Of a stretch of 64,000 nucleotides of DNA, positions 53,551 through 63,159 are shown piece after piece. The stretch spans positions 2,108,001 to 2,172,000 of the forward strand of contig NC_043012.1 in assembly GCF_006345805.1 (NCBI RefSeq), written 5' to 3'. A model generated the notes under the pieces. The model saw only the letters and a list, made by a program, of their open reading frames with translations, had not been told where the DNA came from and ran no database searches. The DNA comes from Octopus sinensis. Lineage: Eukaryota. Made by a program: the position numbers and the translations under genes. Numbering within the stretch: position 1 is the stretch's first letter; the number at the start of each line of letters is the position of its first letter.

Positions 53551-56410
53551 GTGTCCATACAACCAGATTGCTTTTTTCTTTAACCCTTTAGCATTCAGGT
53601 TACTCTGTGTTAAATGCAATGATTATTTATTCACATTGTTTTGAATTAATCATACATTATTTTCATAGCCTCAACCCTTTTGTTACTGTATTTATTTTGA
53701 GATTCTCTGTGTTTTTTTTCAATTACTTTAAATATAACAAAGAATTTAGTAAAATAACTTAATTATCATTCAGCTAGTGTTAGGAACATAAATTGTGACT
53801 AAGGTTTGGTGGAAGATTTTAATTCAAAACTTATGAAAACAAGACTTTTGTACTCAGAGTCAGAGCCGGTTTCAGCTGGGTTGGTAATGAAAGGGTTAAG
53901 GCAGCAAGCTGGCAGAATCGGCAGCAAGTAGCAGAATTATTAGCATGCTGGACAAAATGCTTATCGGTATTTTGTCTGTTGCTACATTCTGAGTTCAAAT
54001 TCCACCAAGGTCAACTTTGCCTTTCATCCTTTCGAGGTTGATAAATTAAGTACCAGTGAAACACTAGGGTCGGTGTAATTGACTAGTCCCCTCCCCTCAA
54101 ATTTGAGGCCTCCTGCCTGTAGTGGAAAGGATTATTTCACTGCTTTGAAATTTTGATGATGTGATTGTATATTTTTAGAATGACATTGTAGGGTAGGTGT
54201 GAGAAACCAGATCTGGCTGGTTTGAACATAGAACACAGAATATTTTGGCCAGATATGGATGGTTTCAATGCTAAAGGGTTAAAGACATACTGTATTTTCT
54301 GGCATGCAAGTTGAATTTTTCAGACCAAAGTTTACAGCCAAAAATTGGAGGTCAACTTATACTCTAAGATGTCTTTGGAGAACCAAAAATTCCAAGTGAA
54401 ATGCTACAGGATTTGGAAAAATAGTGATAGATGTTTAATGTTTACACTGTATGTTTATATTATATATTATGTTGTTGACATGTATGGTACCAATTATAGA
54501 GAATTCTTGATTCTTGAGATAATCTCACCTTCTCATTTGGAGTGGAATACAAATTGCTGCCAAACAGTTGGTCTCTGCTGGTNNNNNNNNNNNNNNNNNN
54601 NNNNNNNNNNNNNNNNNNNNNNNNNNNNNNNNNNNNNNNNNNNNNNNNNNNNNNNNNNNNNNNNNNNNNNNNNNNNNNNNNNGGATTTCATAGATAAAAA
54701 CTAAAAGAAGTTTGTCACATATATATGTATATGCTATGAACCCCATGGTTCATAGAAAAGAACCCCTATTGAATGAGGTCGAAGCAGAGAGGGATGTGTC
54801 CTTATCCCAGGTGTTGAGAGGCTAAACTATGATAGAGGGACACACACAGGTGTCTTGTAATAGAAGACTTACATGGCTACCCTGCATTGTATAAGGTGGG
54901 TGGGAGTAGCTAGAAAGAAGACAGTGGTGATAATGACAAGGTATTAATGTACTCTTGAGATAAAATTCAAGTACAAGAGAGAATGTGCGTGCGTGTGTGT
55001 GCATGCAGGTGCTGGTGTGTATGTGTATGTATGTATATATATATGTATATATATGTGTGTGTGTATATATATATGTGTGTATATATAGTTAATCCAAACA
55101 AGAAAACACAAAAAAACACAACAACGCGAGGACCTGGAACAAAAATAGTATTATTGGACGCTCAGGAAAGAAGGGAAGAAGGAGGGTTTAACGTTTCGAG
55201 TGGAGCTCTTCGTCGGAAACATAGGAGAAGGAAAGATCTCGAGAAGAGAAGACAGAGGAAAAAAAATCGCCAACCACATTTTATATATATATATAAAAGA
55301 TGGTATCAAAAAGTTCCTGGACTATTTATGCTTAATAAAAAATAACTTATTTACCTAAGTTTTGGCACGATCTCCTTCGAAATAGCCACCTTGTGCAGAA
55401 ATACACTGGTCCCAGCTTTCCCCGCTACTTTTGGAACCCACCCTGGAAGTAATTTTCCATAAATGAATCAGCAACCTTTTGTGATTCACTCTTGATCTCA
55501 ACAACGGTGTTAAAATGGTGACCTTTGAGCTGCCTTTTCATCTTGGGGAGAGAGATGCAAGTCCATAGGTGCTAAATCTGGTGAACAGGGCAGTGCGAAA
55601 GTGATACAATGTTATTTTTGGTGAGAAACTCACAAGCGAGGAGAGCTCAGTGACAATGCATTGTCATCATGAAGAATCCAATTCTTCATGCTCCAAAAAT
55701 TTGGTTGCTTATGCTGAATGTCCTCTCTCAAATGCTTCAAGACATCACAGTAGAACTCTCGATTGACAGACTAACCCTGGGGGATAAATTCTTAATGCAC
55801 AATACCACATTTCCAGGCCTTCCAGATCATTCATTTTCTTCCACTTTTAAAGCGCTTGTGTCACTCGAAACATTGCATATGTAGCGGACTCTCTCTCTGT
55901 TATATATACATAAGTACGGATGTAGTAGACAACAGCTAGCCTTCGGCCGCCCTTTTGGACCTGTTGTGTCCACTACTCTGATTGGTTGGTATTGTGCAGT
56001 TTGTCTCTTGCTCTATTATGTGCCAATGTGCAACCAATGTGCAACCCAACCAATCGCAGCTTTCTGATAAGATCACATGCGACAGTCTCTTCTAAACCTC
56101 AGTTTGCACCGACTGGTCCCTATAAAACTTCAGCGACACGTCGAGTCAATGTCTTTCGGTTCCAGACCTTCTTAGGTCTAACCACTTACCACAGAGCACA
56201 CAGCCAGTTCCAGCGACAACACCAGCAGCCACATGGAGACTTAACAACACTTGTTCAACAGCATATATCTTTGTTGTTTTTTGGTGTATTAGTTCTTTTG
56301 TCTTTTTTCTTAGCTGAGCCAGTGGTAATGAGTCATGATGGAATGCATTGTTCTTGGTATCACTCTATATGATCAGAAGAGGAACATCAATAATCTGGTG
56401 TTCCTCTTCT

Positions 56411-56452
<42 letters not shown>

Positions 56453-56731
56453 AATGTCGAATGATGAAAATGAGTGCTCAACACTGCATTGGTGGAGAGA
56501 ATTTCTTTATTTGTATATTAAGGCTATCATTGGTTTCATGTACAGAAAAATAGAAAAATATCTTAGTATCTTGTCAATTTTTCAAGCTGATCACATGGAG
56601 GATTAGCGTTCGTCTCCATTTCAGATACAAAAATATATATACAAAACTACTTACAGATCTGTTATTTCCATGGAATGAGATTTGAGTAAGTTGAGAAGTG
56701 ATGATTCCACCAGATCTTTTTTGGTGTCCAT
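22743..56731 (-). CDS. CUEDC2: CUE domain-containing protein 2, spliced CDS of 8 coding exons (56655-56731, 47295-47435, 45842-45900, 41374-41507, 32638-32823, 31026-31090, 27559-27619, 22743-22889); 870 nt, 289 aa
   Basis: Manually joined exons, all with GT-AG boundaries and matching phases (2,2,1,0,0,2,0), give [88 protein letters not shown]...[36 protein letters not shown]...[47 protein letters not shown]...[16 protein letters not shown]. This matches remembered vertebrate CUEDC2 motifs (EMMEAYVPGFAHI; CUE domain; [19 protein letters not shown]...YINLKPARKYRFH). Confidence 0.95.
23053..23146. repeat. 39-bp tandem repeat, about 2.4 copies
   Basis: gcataaaatatcaacgtgaaatgtcartgtgatatatga repeated. 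Confidence 0.9.
23915..25280. mobile_element. hAT/Charlie-type MITE hosting nested SINE D and CR1 insertions
   Basis: Ends CAGGAGTGGGGAA ... TTCCCCCACCCCTG; flanking 8-mers TGCTAGAT / TACTAGAC (6/8, NTCTAGAN-like). Confidence 0.65.
24445..24990 (-). mobile_element. CR1-group LINE, 5'-truncated, with a 135-aa open RT C-terminal frame
   Basis: ORF 24507-24914 [13 protein letters not shown]...[18 protein letters not shown]...[16 protein letters not shown]...[13 protein letters not shown]; (ATT)n tail. Confidence 0.92.
25566..26968 (+). mobile_element. Cut-and-paste DNA transposon relic with a truncated, Cys-rich transposase N-terminus
   Basis: TA|GGGTGGAG ... CTCCACCC|TA; decayed ORF from ATG 26030: [16 protein letters not shown]...WPTYKDILK...LWQKAPIP...LFDISCCKC...CSC...(frameshift)FLQDQ; subterminal repeats. 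Confidence 0.75.
27112..27482 (-). mobile_element. SINE family B in the CUEDC2 intron after exon 7
   Basis: Near-identical to 15125-15507; flanked by a duplicated 26-mer acatacacacatacatgcaaacaaat (27086-27111, 27499-27524). Confidence 0.9.
27559..27619 (-). CDS. CUEDC2: CUEDC2 coding exon 7 ([20 protein letters not shown])
   Basis: ttttctttttcag acceptor, GTAGGT donor; resembles vertebrate [20 protein letters not shown]. Confidence 0.93.
28430..28945 (+). mobile_element. RTE LINE 3'UTR fragment with a ~46-bp degenerate tandem array and (GAT)n tail
   Basis: Units ggcacccatgaat...ggtgccatgtaaat; terminal cactcctggagtgggtggcattaggaagggcatccagctgtagaa...taaatgatgatgat. Confidence 0.8.
30189..30710 (+). 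mobile_element. SINE family A interrupted near its 3' end by a 121-bp hairpin insert
   Basis: Consensus match breaks after ccagcatggccgcag and resumes at actgaaacaag. Confidence 0.88.
30568..30688. repeat. Inverted repeat: 41-bp arms (1 mismatch) around a 39-nt spacer containing two small hairpins
   Basis: cggtagctgatatcctcactgtttgagagacacaataggaa / ttcctgttgtgtctctcaaacagtgaggatatcagctaccg. Confidence 0.97.
30746..30967. mobile_element. piggyBac-type MITE family 2 (degenerate)
   Basis: cctttagcattc...gctaaagagttaa; related copies at about 15650-15840 and 53584-54278. Confidence 0.7.
31026..31090 (-). CDS. CUEDC2: CUEDC2 coding exon 6 ([22 protein letters not shown])
   Basis: cttttgtgttcttgcag acceptor, AA|GTATG donor, phase 0 to 2. 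Confidence 0.9.
31983..32344. repeat. (AAT/AGT)n microsatellite
   Basis: Direct reading. Confidence 0.98.
32638..32823 (-). CDS. CUEDC2: CUEDC2 coding exon 5, CUE ubiquitin-binding domain
   Basis: LLEIFP...[16 protein letters not shown] fits the CUE motif (FP...GD.D.A...L); tctttctctcag acceptor; AAA|GTAAGA donor. Confidence 0.95.
33765..34160 (-). mobile_element. SINE family A, inverted relative to the copies at 30189 and 36595
   Basis: Full reverse-complement match to the family A consensus. Confidence 0.9.
34190..34620. repeat. Degenerate short-period satellite (gtgtagtatgaaa-like)
   Basis: Recurring tgtagtatg/taagtg motifs. Confidence 0.75.
36595..37001 (+). mobile_element. SINE family A, well conserved
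   Basis: Full-length match to the family consensus. Confidence 0.92.
37255..37592 (-). mobile_element. tRNA-headed SINE with a conserved central domain, flanked by (AAT)n
   Basis: Reverse complement begins ggcgcatggcttagtggttagagcgtcaagc...; core cagctgagtgaactggagcaa...cttgctcaagaacacaac also seen near 16310 and 3770. Confidence 0.75.
39190..39740. repeat. Degenerate ~35-bp minisatellite
   Basis: About 15 units of gtctggctacattcataatatggctatgttccatg-like sequence. Confidence 0.85.
40080..40323. mobile_element. hAT/Charlie-type MITE
   Basis: CAGTGGTTCTCAA ... TTGAGAACTACTG; 8-bp flanks GTCTAAAG / GTCTGAGG. Confidence 0.8.
41374..41507 (-). CDS. CUEDC2: CUEDC2 coding exon 4 (Ser/Pro-rich linker [15 protein letters not shown]...KSNSS)
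   Basis: gtgttattctttcag acceptor, TCT|GTAAGT donor; phase 1 to 0 exactly bridges exons 3 and 5; 44 open codons. Confidence 0.85.
41630..43265 (-). mobile_element. Young 5'-truncated RTE LINE: open ORF2 C-terminus (42115-43260), 62-bp tandem array in the 3'UTR, (GAT)n tail
   Basis: [12 protein letters not shown]...[12 protein letters not shown]...[14 protein letters not shown]...[17 protein letters not shown]...RLRWYGHM...[11 protein letters not shown] is typical RTE RT/thumb C-terminus. Confidence 0.93.
43275..43665 (+). mobile_element. SINE family A, 5'-truncated, abutting the RTE 5' end
   Basis: Begins at ttccgggttcattccc; remainder matches the family. Confidence 0.88.
43915..44322. mobile_element. 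408-bp foldback (palindromic) element, MITE-like
   Basis: ~200-bp arms tattaagtttgaaaatggagagattcaatgg...tacagagattacattttgattg / reverse complement; 16-nt loop at 44118-44133. Confidence 0.92.
45842..45900 (-). CDS. CUEDC2: CUEDC2 coding exon 3 ([20 protein letters not shown]); 3' boundary may instead be 45824
   Basis: cttcttcttgtcttgtag acceptor; two phase-1 donors (GTAATA at 45841, GTAATT at 45823). Confidence 0.85.
46855..47130 (-). mobile_element. SINE family C
   Basis: Homologous to 10556-10850. Confidence 0.8.
47295..47435 (-). CDS. CUEDC2: CUEDC2 coding exon 2 (MVDEIVLNY...[14 protein letters not shown])
   Basis: poly-T gcag acceptor, AG|GTAAGC donor, conserved EMMEAYxPGFAHI motif. 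Confidence 0.95.
48275..48630. repeat. (TATC)n microsatellite
   Basis: Direct reading. Confidence 0.98.
49070..49600. repeat. Purine-rich (GA) low-complexity tract
   Basis: Direct reading; explains the L/S/P/F-rich ORF artefacts. Confidence 0.95.
50030..51035. repeat. 15-17-bp minisatellite (cacacaccatacactta)n
   Basis: Direct reading; source of the 356- and 449-aa H/T/Y/L ORF artefacts. Confidence 0.95.
53584..54278. mobile_element. piggyBac-type MITE family 2 containing a nested family 1 MITE (53675-53895) and a SINE D
   Basis: TTAA|CCCTTTAGCATT ... AATGCTAAAGGG|TTAA. Confidence 0.85.
54583..54682. other. Assembly gap (100 N)
   Basis: Direct reading. Confidence 1.
55085..55290 (-). mobile_element. 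Penelope-like (PLE) terminal-repeat remnant carrying a hammerhead-like motif at 55186-55220
   Basis: acgtttcgag...tcttcgtcggaaac signature; homologous to 57540-57735. Confidence 0.6.
55294..55810 (-). mobile_element. mariner (DD34D-type) transposon 3' half, decayed
   Basis: Minus strand gives SPDLAPMD...[22 protein letters not shown]...[22 protein letters not shown] across frameshifts; TIR-like ggtatcaaaaagttcc. Confidence 0.8.
55980..56155 (+). promoter_or_regulatory. Pol II promoter-like cassette (4 CCAAT boxes plus TATA), possibly a solo-LTR U3
   Basis: ATTGG 55981, CCAAT 56023/56034/56050, TATAAAA 56121-56127, Inr-like TCAAT about 26 nt downstream. Confidence 0.4.
56655..56731 (-). CDS. 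CUEDC2: CUEDC2 coding exon 1 ([26 protein letters not shown]); ATG is 1 nt after an acceptor, so a non-coding exon lies further upstream
   Basis: Acceptor ttttcatttcttttattagtccttgcag|A ATG; donor CT|GTAAGT; phase 2 joins exon 2 in frame. Confidence 0.85.
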
Positions 56732-57042
56732 TCTGCAAGGACTAATAAAAGAAATGAAAACGTATTAACACAGAGTAAAAATGATTTCTTATATAGGTAC
56801 ATAGGTATAAGGGTTGCATTTAGAAGATATGTACAGTCTATTACAATAATACCCAGTATTTGAGTTGGCTTCAGTACATTTTGAACTTGGAATTTAAAAA
56901 GCTGTAACTAAATACTGCATGGAATTTTGTCTAGTTCAAATAATGCTACCAAATACTGTCCTATATATATGTATGTATACACACACACATACATACACCC
57001 CCTCTACACACATGCATGTATGCATATGTGTGAGCATATCTA

Positions 57043-57078
<36 letters not shown>

Positions 57079-57539
57079 TTTCTACTCTAGGCACAAACCC
57101 GAAATTTTGCGGGGAGGGGGGGCAGTCGATTTGATCGATCCCAGTATGCAACTGGCACTTAATTTATTAACCCCGAAAGGATGAAAGGCAAAGTCGACCT
57201 CGGTGGAATTTGAACTCAGAACATAAAGACAGATGAAATATCACTAAGCATTTTGCGTGACATGCTAACGTTTCTGCTAGCTCACCGCCTGTCTATGTAT
57301 ATATATATATATATATATTTGCATGTGTGTGTGTGTGTGTGTATGTGTGATGTGTGTGTGTGTGTGTGTGTGTGTGCAGACATGACTGTGAAACACAGGT
57401 GTGACATCTTGGACAAGTGTGAGTAGACTTGATAGATGGAAACTGAAAGAAGCCTATCATATATGTGTATATGTGTGGGTGTATGTGTGTGTGCATATGT
57501 GTGTTATTGTCTCTTTGCCTTGACTTCATGCGATACTTG

Positions 57540-57735
57540 TAACCAAATGACACTGACATGTAAGAGGTGACAATGCACGGACATGGTACATGCAAGGTAT
57601 TAATAAGACGTTCAAGGAAGGAAAGAAAGGGTGCTTTATGTTTCAAGCAAGGCTCTTCTTCAGAAACAGGAGACAGAGTAAAGTCCAAAAGAAAGGGAAG
57701 ATGGAGGAAAAAAAATCGCCAACAATCCACATGTA
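57540..57735 (-). mobile_element. Second PLE-like terminal remnant with a hammerhead-like motif at 57633-57667
   Basis: Homologous to 55085-55290; minus strand GUUU-CUGAAGA-A-GAG-ccuug-CUU-GAA-ACAU-A-AAGC. Confidence 0.55.
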
Positions 57736-57944
57736 GTGACATGTAGTTATATGTATACATGTAGATATATATATACGATGGGCTTTTTCCAGTTTCTATC
57801 AACCAAATCCACTCACAAGGCTTTGGTCGGCCCGAGGCTATAGTGGAAGACACTTGCCCAAGGTGCCATATAGAGGGACAGAACATGGTACCATGTGGTC
57901 GGGAAGCAAGCTTCTTACCACACATATAGATCTATCTAAGTATA

Positions 57945-57977
<33 letters not shown>

Positions 57978-58190
57978 ATCTATATATATATATATATATA
58001 TATCTATATAAGATATTATATATATATATAATATCTAGAGATGTCTCTTTTTTGTTTCTGTCAACCAACCACTCACAAGGCTTTGATTGACCTGAGCACT
58101 TGCCCAATTTGCCATGCAATGGGACTGAACCTGGAACCATGTAGTTGGAAAGCAAGCTTCTTACCATACAGACACACCCTGTATATGTTG

Positions 58191-58223
<33 letters not shown>

Positions 58224-58235
58224 TTATATATATAT

Positions 58236-60027
58236 TACTTGGAAATGGATGCGTGGTGTTCAATTAAATAATAATATTTATATATATATATATATGTGTG
58301 TATGTATGTATATATGGTACAATACGTCACCAACTGTGTAGACAGCATGAAATATGTAAACAAATGAGTTCAATATGCAAACAAGAGGAAAAAATGGAAA
58401 ACAGGACAAGTAAACACAGAGAAAGGACACGTCATTAGTTGTCGGCTGTCTATCTACTCCTCATTTCGAGCATTCAACGACAATATGAGTCTTCAAGACA
58501 GTTGCACCCATAAACTCTAAAATAAAATTTGGATTTATGGAGGGTCAAGTTGGGACAAAAACAGGACATTGGGGACATACAAGGTAACCAAACAAAAACA
58601 AACATGGAGGGTCGTTAGACCAGAACGAGAGGAAAATAGTGAATGCTGGAGAAATATTTTCTTTGCAAAGGATAAGATAGAAGACAGAGAAAAAAATGTC
58701 CAGTCCTTTGAATGTCCTCGCAGGAAAAGAAAGATGGTCATGTGAGGAAAATATGGACAATGGCCATGCATGAGTGAGAGAGAAAAAGAGAATGAGGGAG
58801 AGAGAGAAAGAGAAATAGAGACAGATTGTTTTTTTCTCTTTCTTGTATCTTTTCTCCTTTCAAAGAAAATATTTCTCCCAGCATTCACTATTTTCCTCTT
58901 GTTCTGGTCCAACAATCTTCTATGCTTGTTTTCATTTGGTTTCTTTGTATGTCTCCACTGTCCTGTTTTTGTTCTATATCTATATCTATCTTGTATCTAC
59001 ATCTATATCTATATCTCTATATATCTATATTATATATATGTATATAGTTATGTATGTATGTATGTATGTATGTATGTATGTATGTATGTATTTATATGTA
59101 TATATATATTATATATATATGTATATATGTATGATGTATATATATATTATATATACATGTGTGTGTGTATATATATATATATATATAGATAATATATATA
59201 TATATATATATATACTTGGAAATGGATGCGTGGTGTTCAATTAAATAATAATATTTATATAATATATATATATGTGTGTATGTATGTATATATGGGTACA
59301 ATACGTCACCAACTGTGTAGACAGCATGAAATATGTAAACAAATGAGTTCAATATGCAAACAAGAGGAAAAATGGAAAACAGGACAAGTAAACACAGAGA
59401 AAGGACACGTCATTAGTTGTCGGCTGTCTATCTACTCCTCATTTCGAGCATTCAACGACAATATGAGTCTTCAAAGACAGTTGCACCCATAAACTCTAAA
59501 ATAAAATTTTGGATTTATGGAGGGTCAAAGTTGGGAACAAAAAACAGGACATTGGGGACATACAAGGTAACCAAACAAAAACAAACATGGAGGGTCGTTA
59601 GACCAGAACGAGAGGAAAATAGTGAATGCTGGGAGAAATATTTTCTTTGCAAAGAGATAAGATAGAAGACAGAGAAAAAAATGTCCAGTCCTTTGAATGT
59701 CCTCGCAGGAAAAGAAAGATGGTCATGTGAGGAAAATATGGACAATGGCCATGCATGAGTGAGAGAGAGAAAAAGAGAATGAGGGAGAGAGAGAAAGAGA
59801 AATAGAGACAGATTGTTTTTTTCTCTTTCTTGTATCTTTTCTCCTTTCAAAGAAAATATTTCTCCCAGCATTCACTATTTTCCTCTTGTTCTGGTCCAAC
59901 AATCTTCTATGCTTGTTTTCATTTGGTTTCTTTGTATGTCTCCACTGTCCTGTTTTTGTTCTATATCTATATCTATCTTGTATCTACATCTATATCTATA
60001 TCTCTATATATCTATATTATATATATG

Positions 60028-60061
<34 letters not shown>

Positions 60062-60143
60062 TGTATGTATGTATGTATGTATGTATATATATATTATATA
60101 TATATGTATATATGTATGTATGTATATATATATTATATATACA

Positions 60144-60180
<37 letters not shown>
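58236..60180. repeat. ~977-bp tandem duplication bounded by (TA)n; each unit contains a ~145-bp inverted repeat
   Basis: Units start tacttggaaatggatgc at 58236 and 59213; arms about 58556-58697 versus 58828-58973. Confidence 0.92.
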
Positions 60181-60191
<11 letters not shown>

Positions 60192-60553
60192 TATACATAC
60201 ACACACACACACATATATCTATATGTATGGATGTATACATATGTACACACACAGACACCTACATATGCATATACATATGCATATACATATATAGATGTTA
60301 GACTTCATAGGGTTTCCTTCAACAAAATTCACTTGCAATGAATTGGTCAGGCCTGTGGTTGCAGTGGAAGACATAGGAGCCATGCAGTGGGACTGAACTT
60401 GCAGACTCACGGTTGCTAAGCATACTTCTGAACCACATGACATAATGCACACAGACAGAAAGTGAGAAAGTCTTCATCCATGAATCTGTACAAGCAAAAT
60501 GTATAAAGAGTATATCACAATTACATATGCATGCATGTGTGTATTGTGTGTGT

Positions 60554-60589
<36 letters not shown>

Positions 60590-60661
60590 TGTGTGTGTGT
60601 GTGTGTGTGTATTGTGTGTGTGTATTGTGTGTGTGTGTGTGTGTGTGTCTGTGTGTGTGTG

Positions 60662-60720
<59 letters not shown>

Positions 60721-61669
60721 TACCAGTGTATAGATATTTAAATAGAGAACAGATTCTGATTCTCATTTCCGCTTGCAACACCCCTAAGGTGGTTTAAGAC
60801 ATAAAACAATGGAATCGGATCAAAATCTATGAAGAAGCAAAAATAAAAGACCCCTAGCAGAAACAAAATCACCACCACCACCACCAATACTACCACCACC
60901 AACAACAACAACTACAGTAACATATATACTTATGCATATGCACACACTTATGTACCTACATACCTACACATGTACAATATTGAATAATGGAAGATAACAT
61001 ATTGATTGTTGAATTTTGTTTCTCTTCTTCTTTGTTATCTGTGGTAAGCATTGAAAAATGAGTGAGTATATGTGTGTAGGTGTGAGAGAGAGAAAGTGTG
61101 TGTGTATATGTGTGTGACTGTGCGTGTGCACATATGTTTGTTATATGCTTGTATTTTTATATACGGATACATAGATTAAAATAAGCACACACACTCTCTC
61201 TCTCTCTCACACACGCACATATACACACAATATATATATACAGGGTGGCTGCTAACTTCCAATCAAGTATGACCACCTTTTATGCAACATCCATATTTCT
61301 TCTTAAGATGCAGTGCTTTCCTATCATGATCCAAAATAAAAAAAAATTTTAAAAACTGCCCAGCGCCCATGACTTTTGGAAACATTTTCTCATGCTCCTC
61401 TCGACACAGCATCCTTCAAACTCCTAGCTGTCAAGACACTAAATCCTATCCTATCCTTCAAAATTTCTATGCTTCTCGAAATTCACCAACACTAGTTCTG
61501 GTTTGTCTACCGTACCCTTTCCTCTCTCCTTATAACTCTCTTACTCTTCACTTTTCTCTATTTTTGTGCTTTGTTCTGTGTTCTATGCATGTAATTCTTG
61601 CTTTCCTTGTTGTCTTTCTTTACTTGACTTATATGTCTGCTTTCTAATGAGATACAAACCACCTGAGTA

Positions 61670-62030
61670 CTGCATACATTCATCATCATCATTGTCGTCA
61701 TTTAACATCTGCTTTCCATGCTGGCATGGATTGCAGAGTTTAACAGAAGTTAATAAGCCAAAAGGCTGCACCAGATCCTAGTCTTTTGTTTCGGAATGGC
61801 TTCTACAGCTGGATGCTTTTCCTATCAAAAGAGTGCACTGGGTACTCTTTATGTGACAATGGCATGGGTACTTCCTACATGATGCCAGCATGGATGCTTA
61901 TTATGTGGCACCAGCATAGGTGCTTTCTACATGGTACCAGCATGAATGCTTCTTACATGACAATGGCATGGTGGTTTCTTACATGATGCATGCATGGGTG
62001 CTTTTTATATGGTACCAACATGTAAAGCTC
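61670..62030 (-). mobile_element. Old RTE 3' tail with a 26-bp degenerate array
   Basis: catcatcatt...ttccatgctggcatgg tail; units atgggtgctttttatatggtaccagc-like. Confidence 0.7.
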
Positions 62031-62552
62031 TTTATTAAAACATACACCACTCTGACAAAACCAACACTTTCCCTCCCATAAACTTATGCCATTTCAGCAG
62101 AGGATTCAGCTACAAGGGCAGCCTTGGCCATGCTACACCTTCCATGTATCCTTCTGATGGAAGAAATTATGGAAGGAGTAGTATTTCATTGCCATGATAC
62201 ACAAAATTTACTGTCTGAGGTCCCAAAATGTTTGTGGGTTCACTTGCACTAAAAAGGCAGAATGAGAAACATGATGCAAAAAGCACATAAGTACATCATC
62301 ATCGCTTTAATGCCCACTTTTCCATGCTCGCATGGCTCAGATGGAATTTGTTGAGGCAGATTTTCTATGGCCAAATGTCCTTCCTGTCACCAATCTTCTC
62401 ATGTTTCAAGTATGGTAATGTTTCCCCATGACCAGACATGTTTTCAGGAAAGATTGGAAATAAAGGACACCATTTGTATGACAGTGATGTCCCTTAAAAT
62501 TATCATGCAATGCCAAGGCAGCAAGGAGACAGTAACACACACATGCATGAAT

Positions 62553-62592
<40 letters not shown>

Positions 62593-62891
62593 ACACACAT
62601 GCATGCACACACCCACGACAGGTTTCTTTCTGTTTCTATTTACCAAATCTTATCATGATGCTTTGACTGACCCAAGGCTCTAGTAAAAGACACTTGTCCA
62701 AGGTGCCATGCAGGAAGACTGAACCCAGGACCGTGTGGTGAGAAGCAAACTTCTTACCACACAGCCACGCCTCAGCCTATGCACATCAAAATTTATAGCC
62801 ACAGACAATTGCGCAATGAAAGTGCCATACTTCAAATGTTTCAAGTGGGGTTGAACAAGTCATTTTTTTGCAAATCATTAAATGACTAGAC

Positions 62892-62953
<62 letters not shown>

Positions 62954-63104
62954 ATGTACAAAACAATCTTTGTCTCTCTCTCTCTTCTCTCTATAAGCCG
63001 CTGGCTCTTCAGACCTCAGTAAAACTGTCCAACCCATACCAACATGAAAAACGGACATTAAACGATAATGATGATGATATGTATGTATGTATGCATATAT
63101 ATAC

Positions 63105-63158
<54 letters not shown>

Positions 63159-63159
63159 T

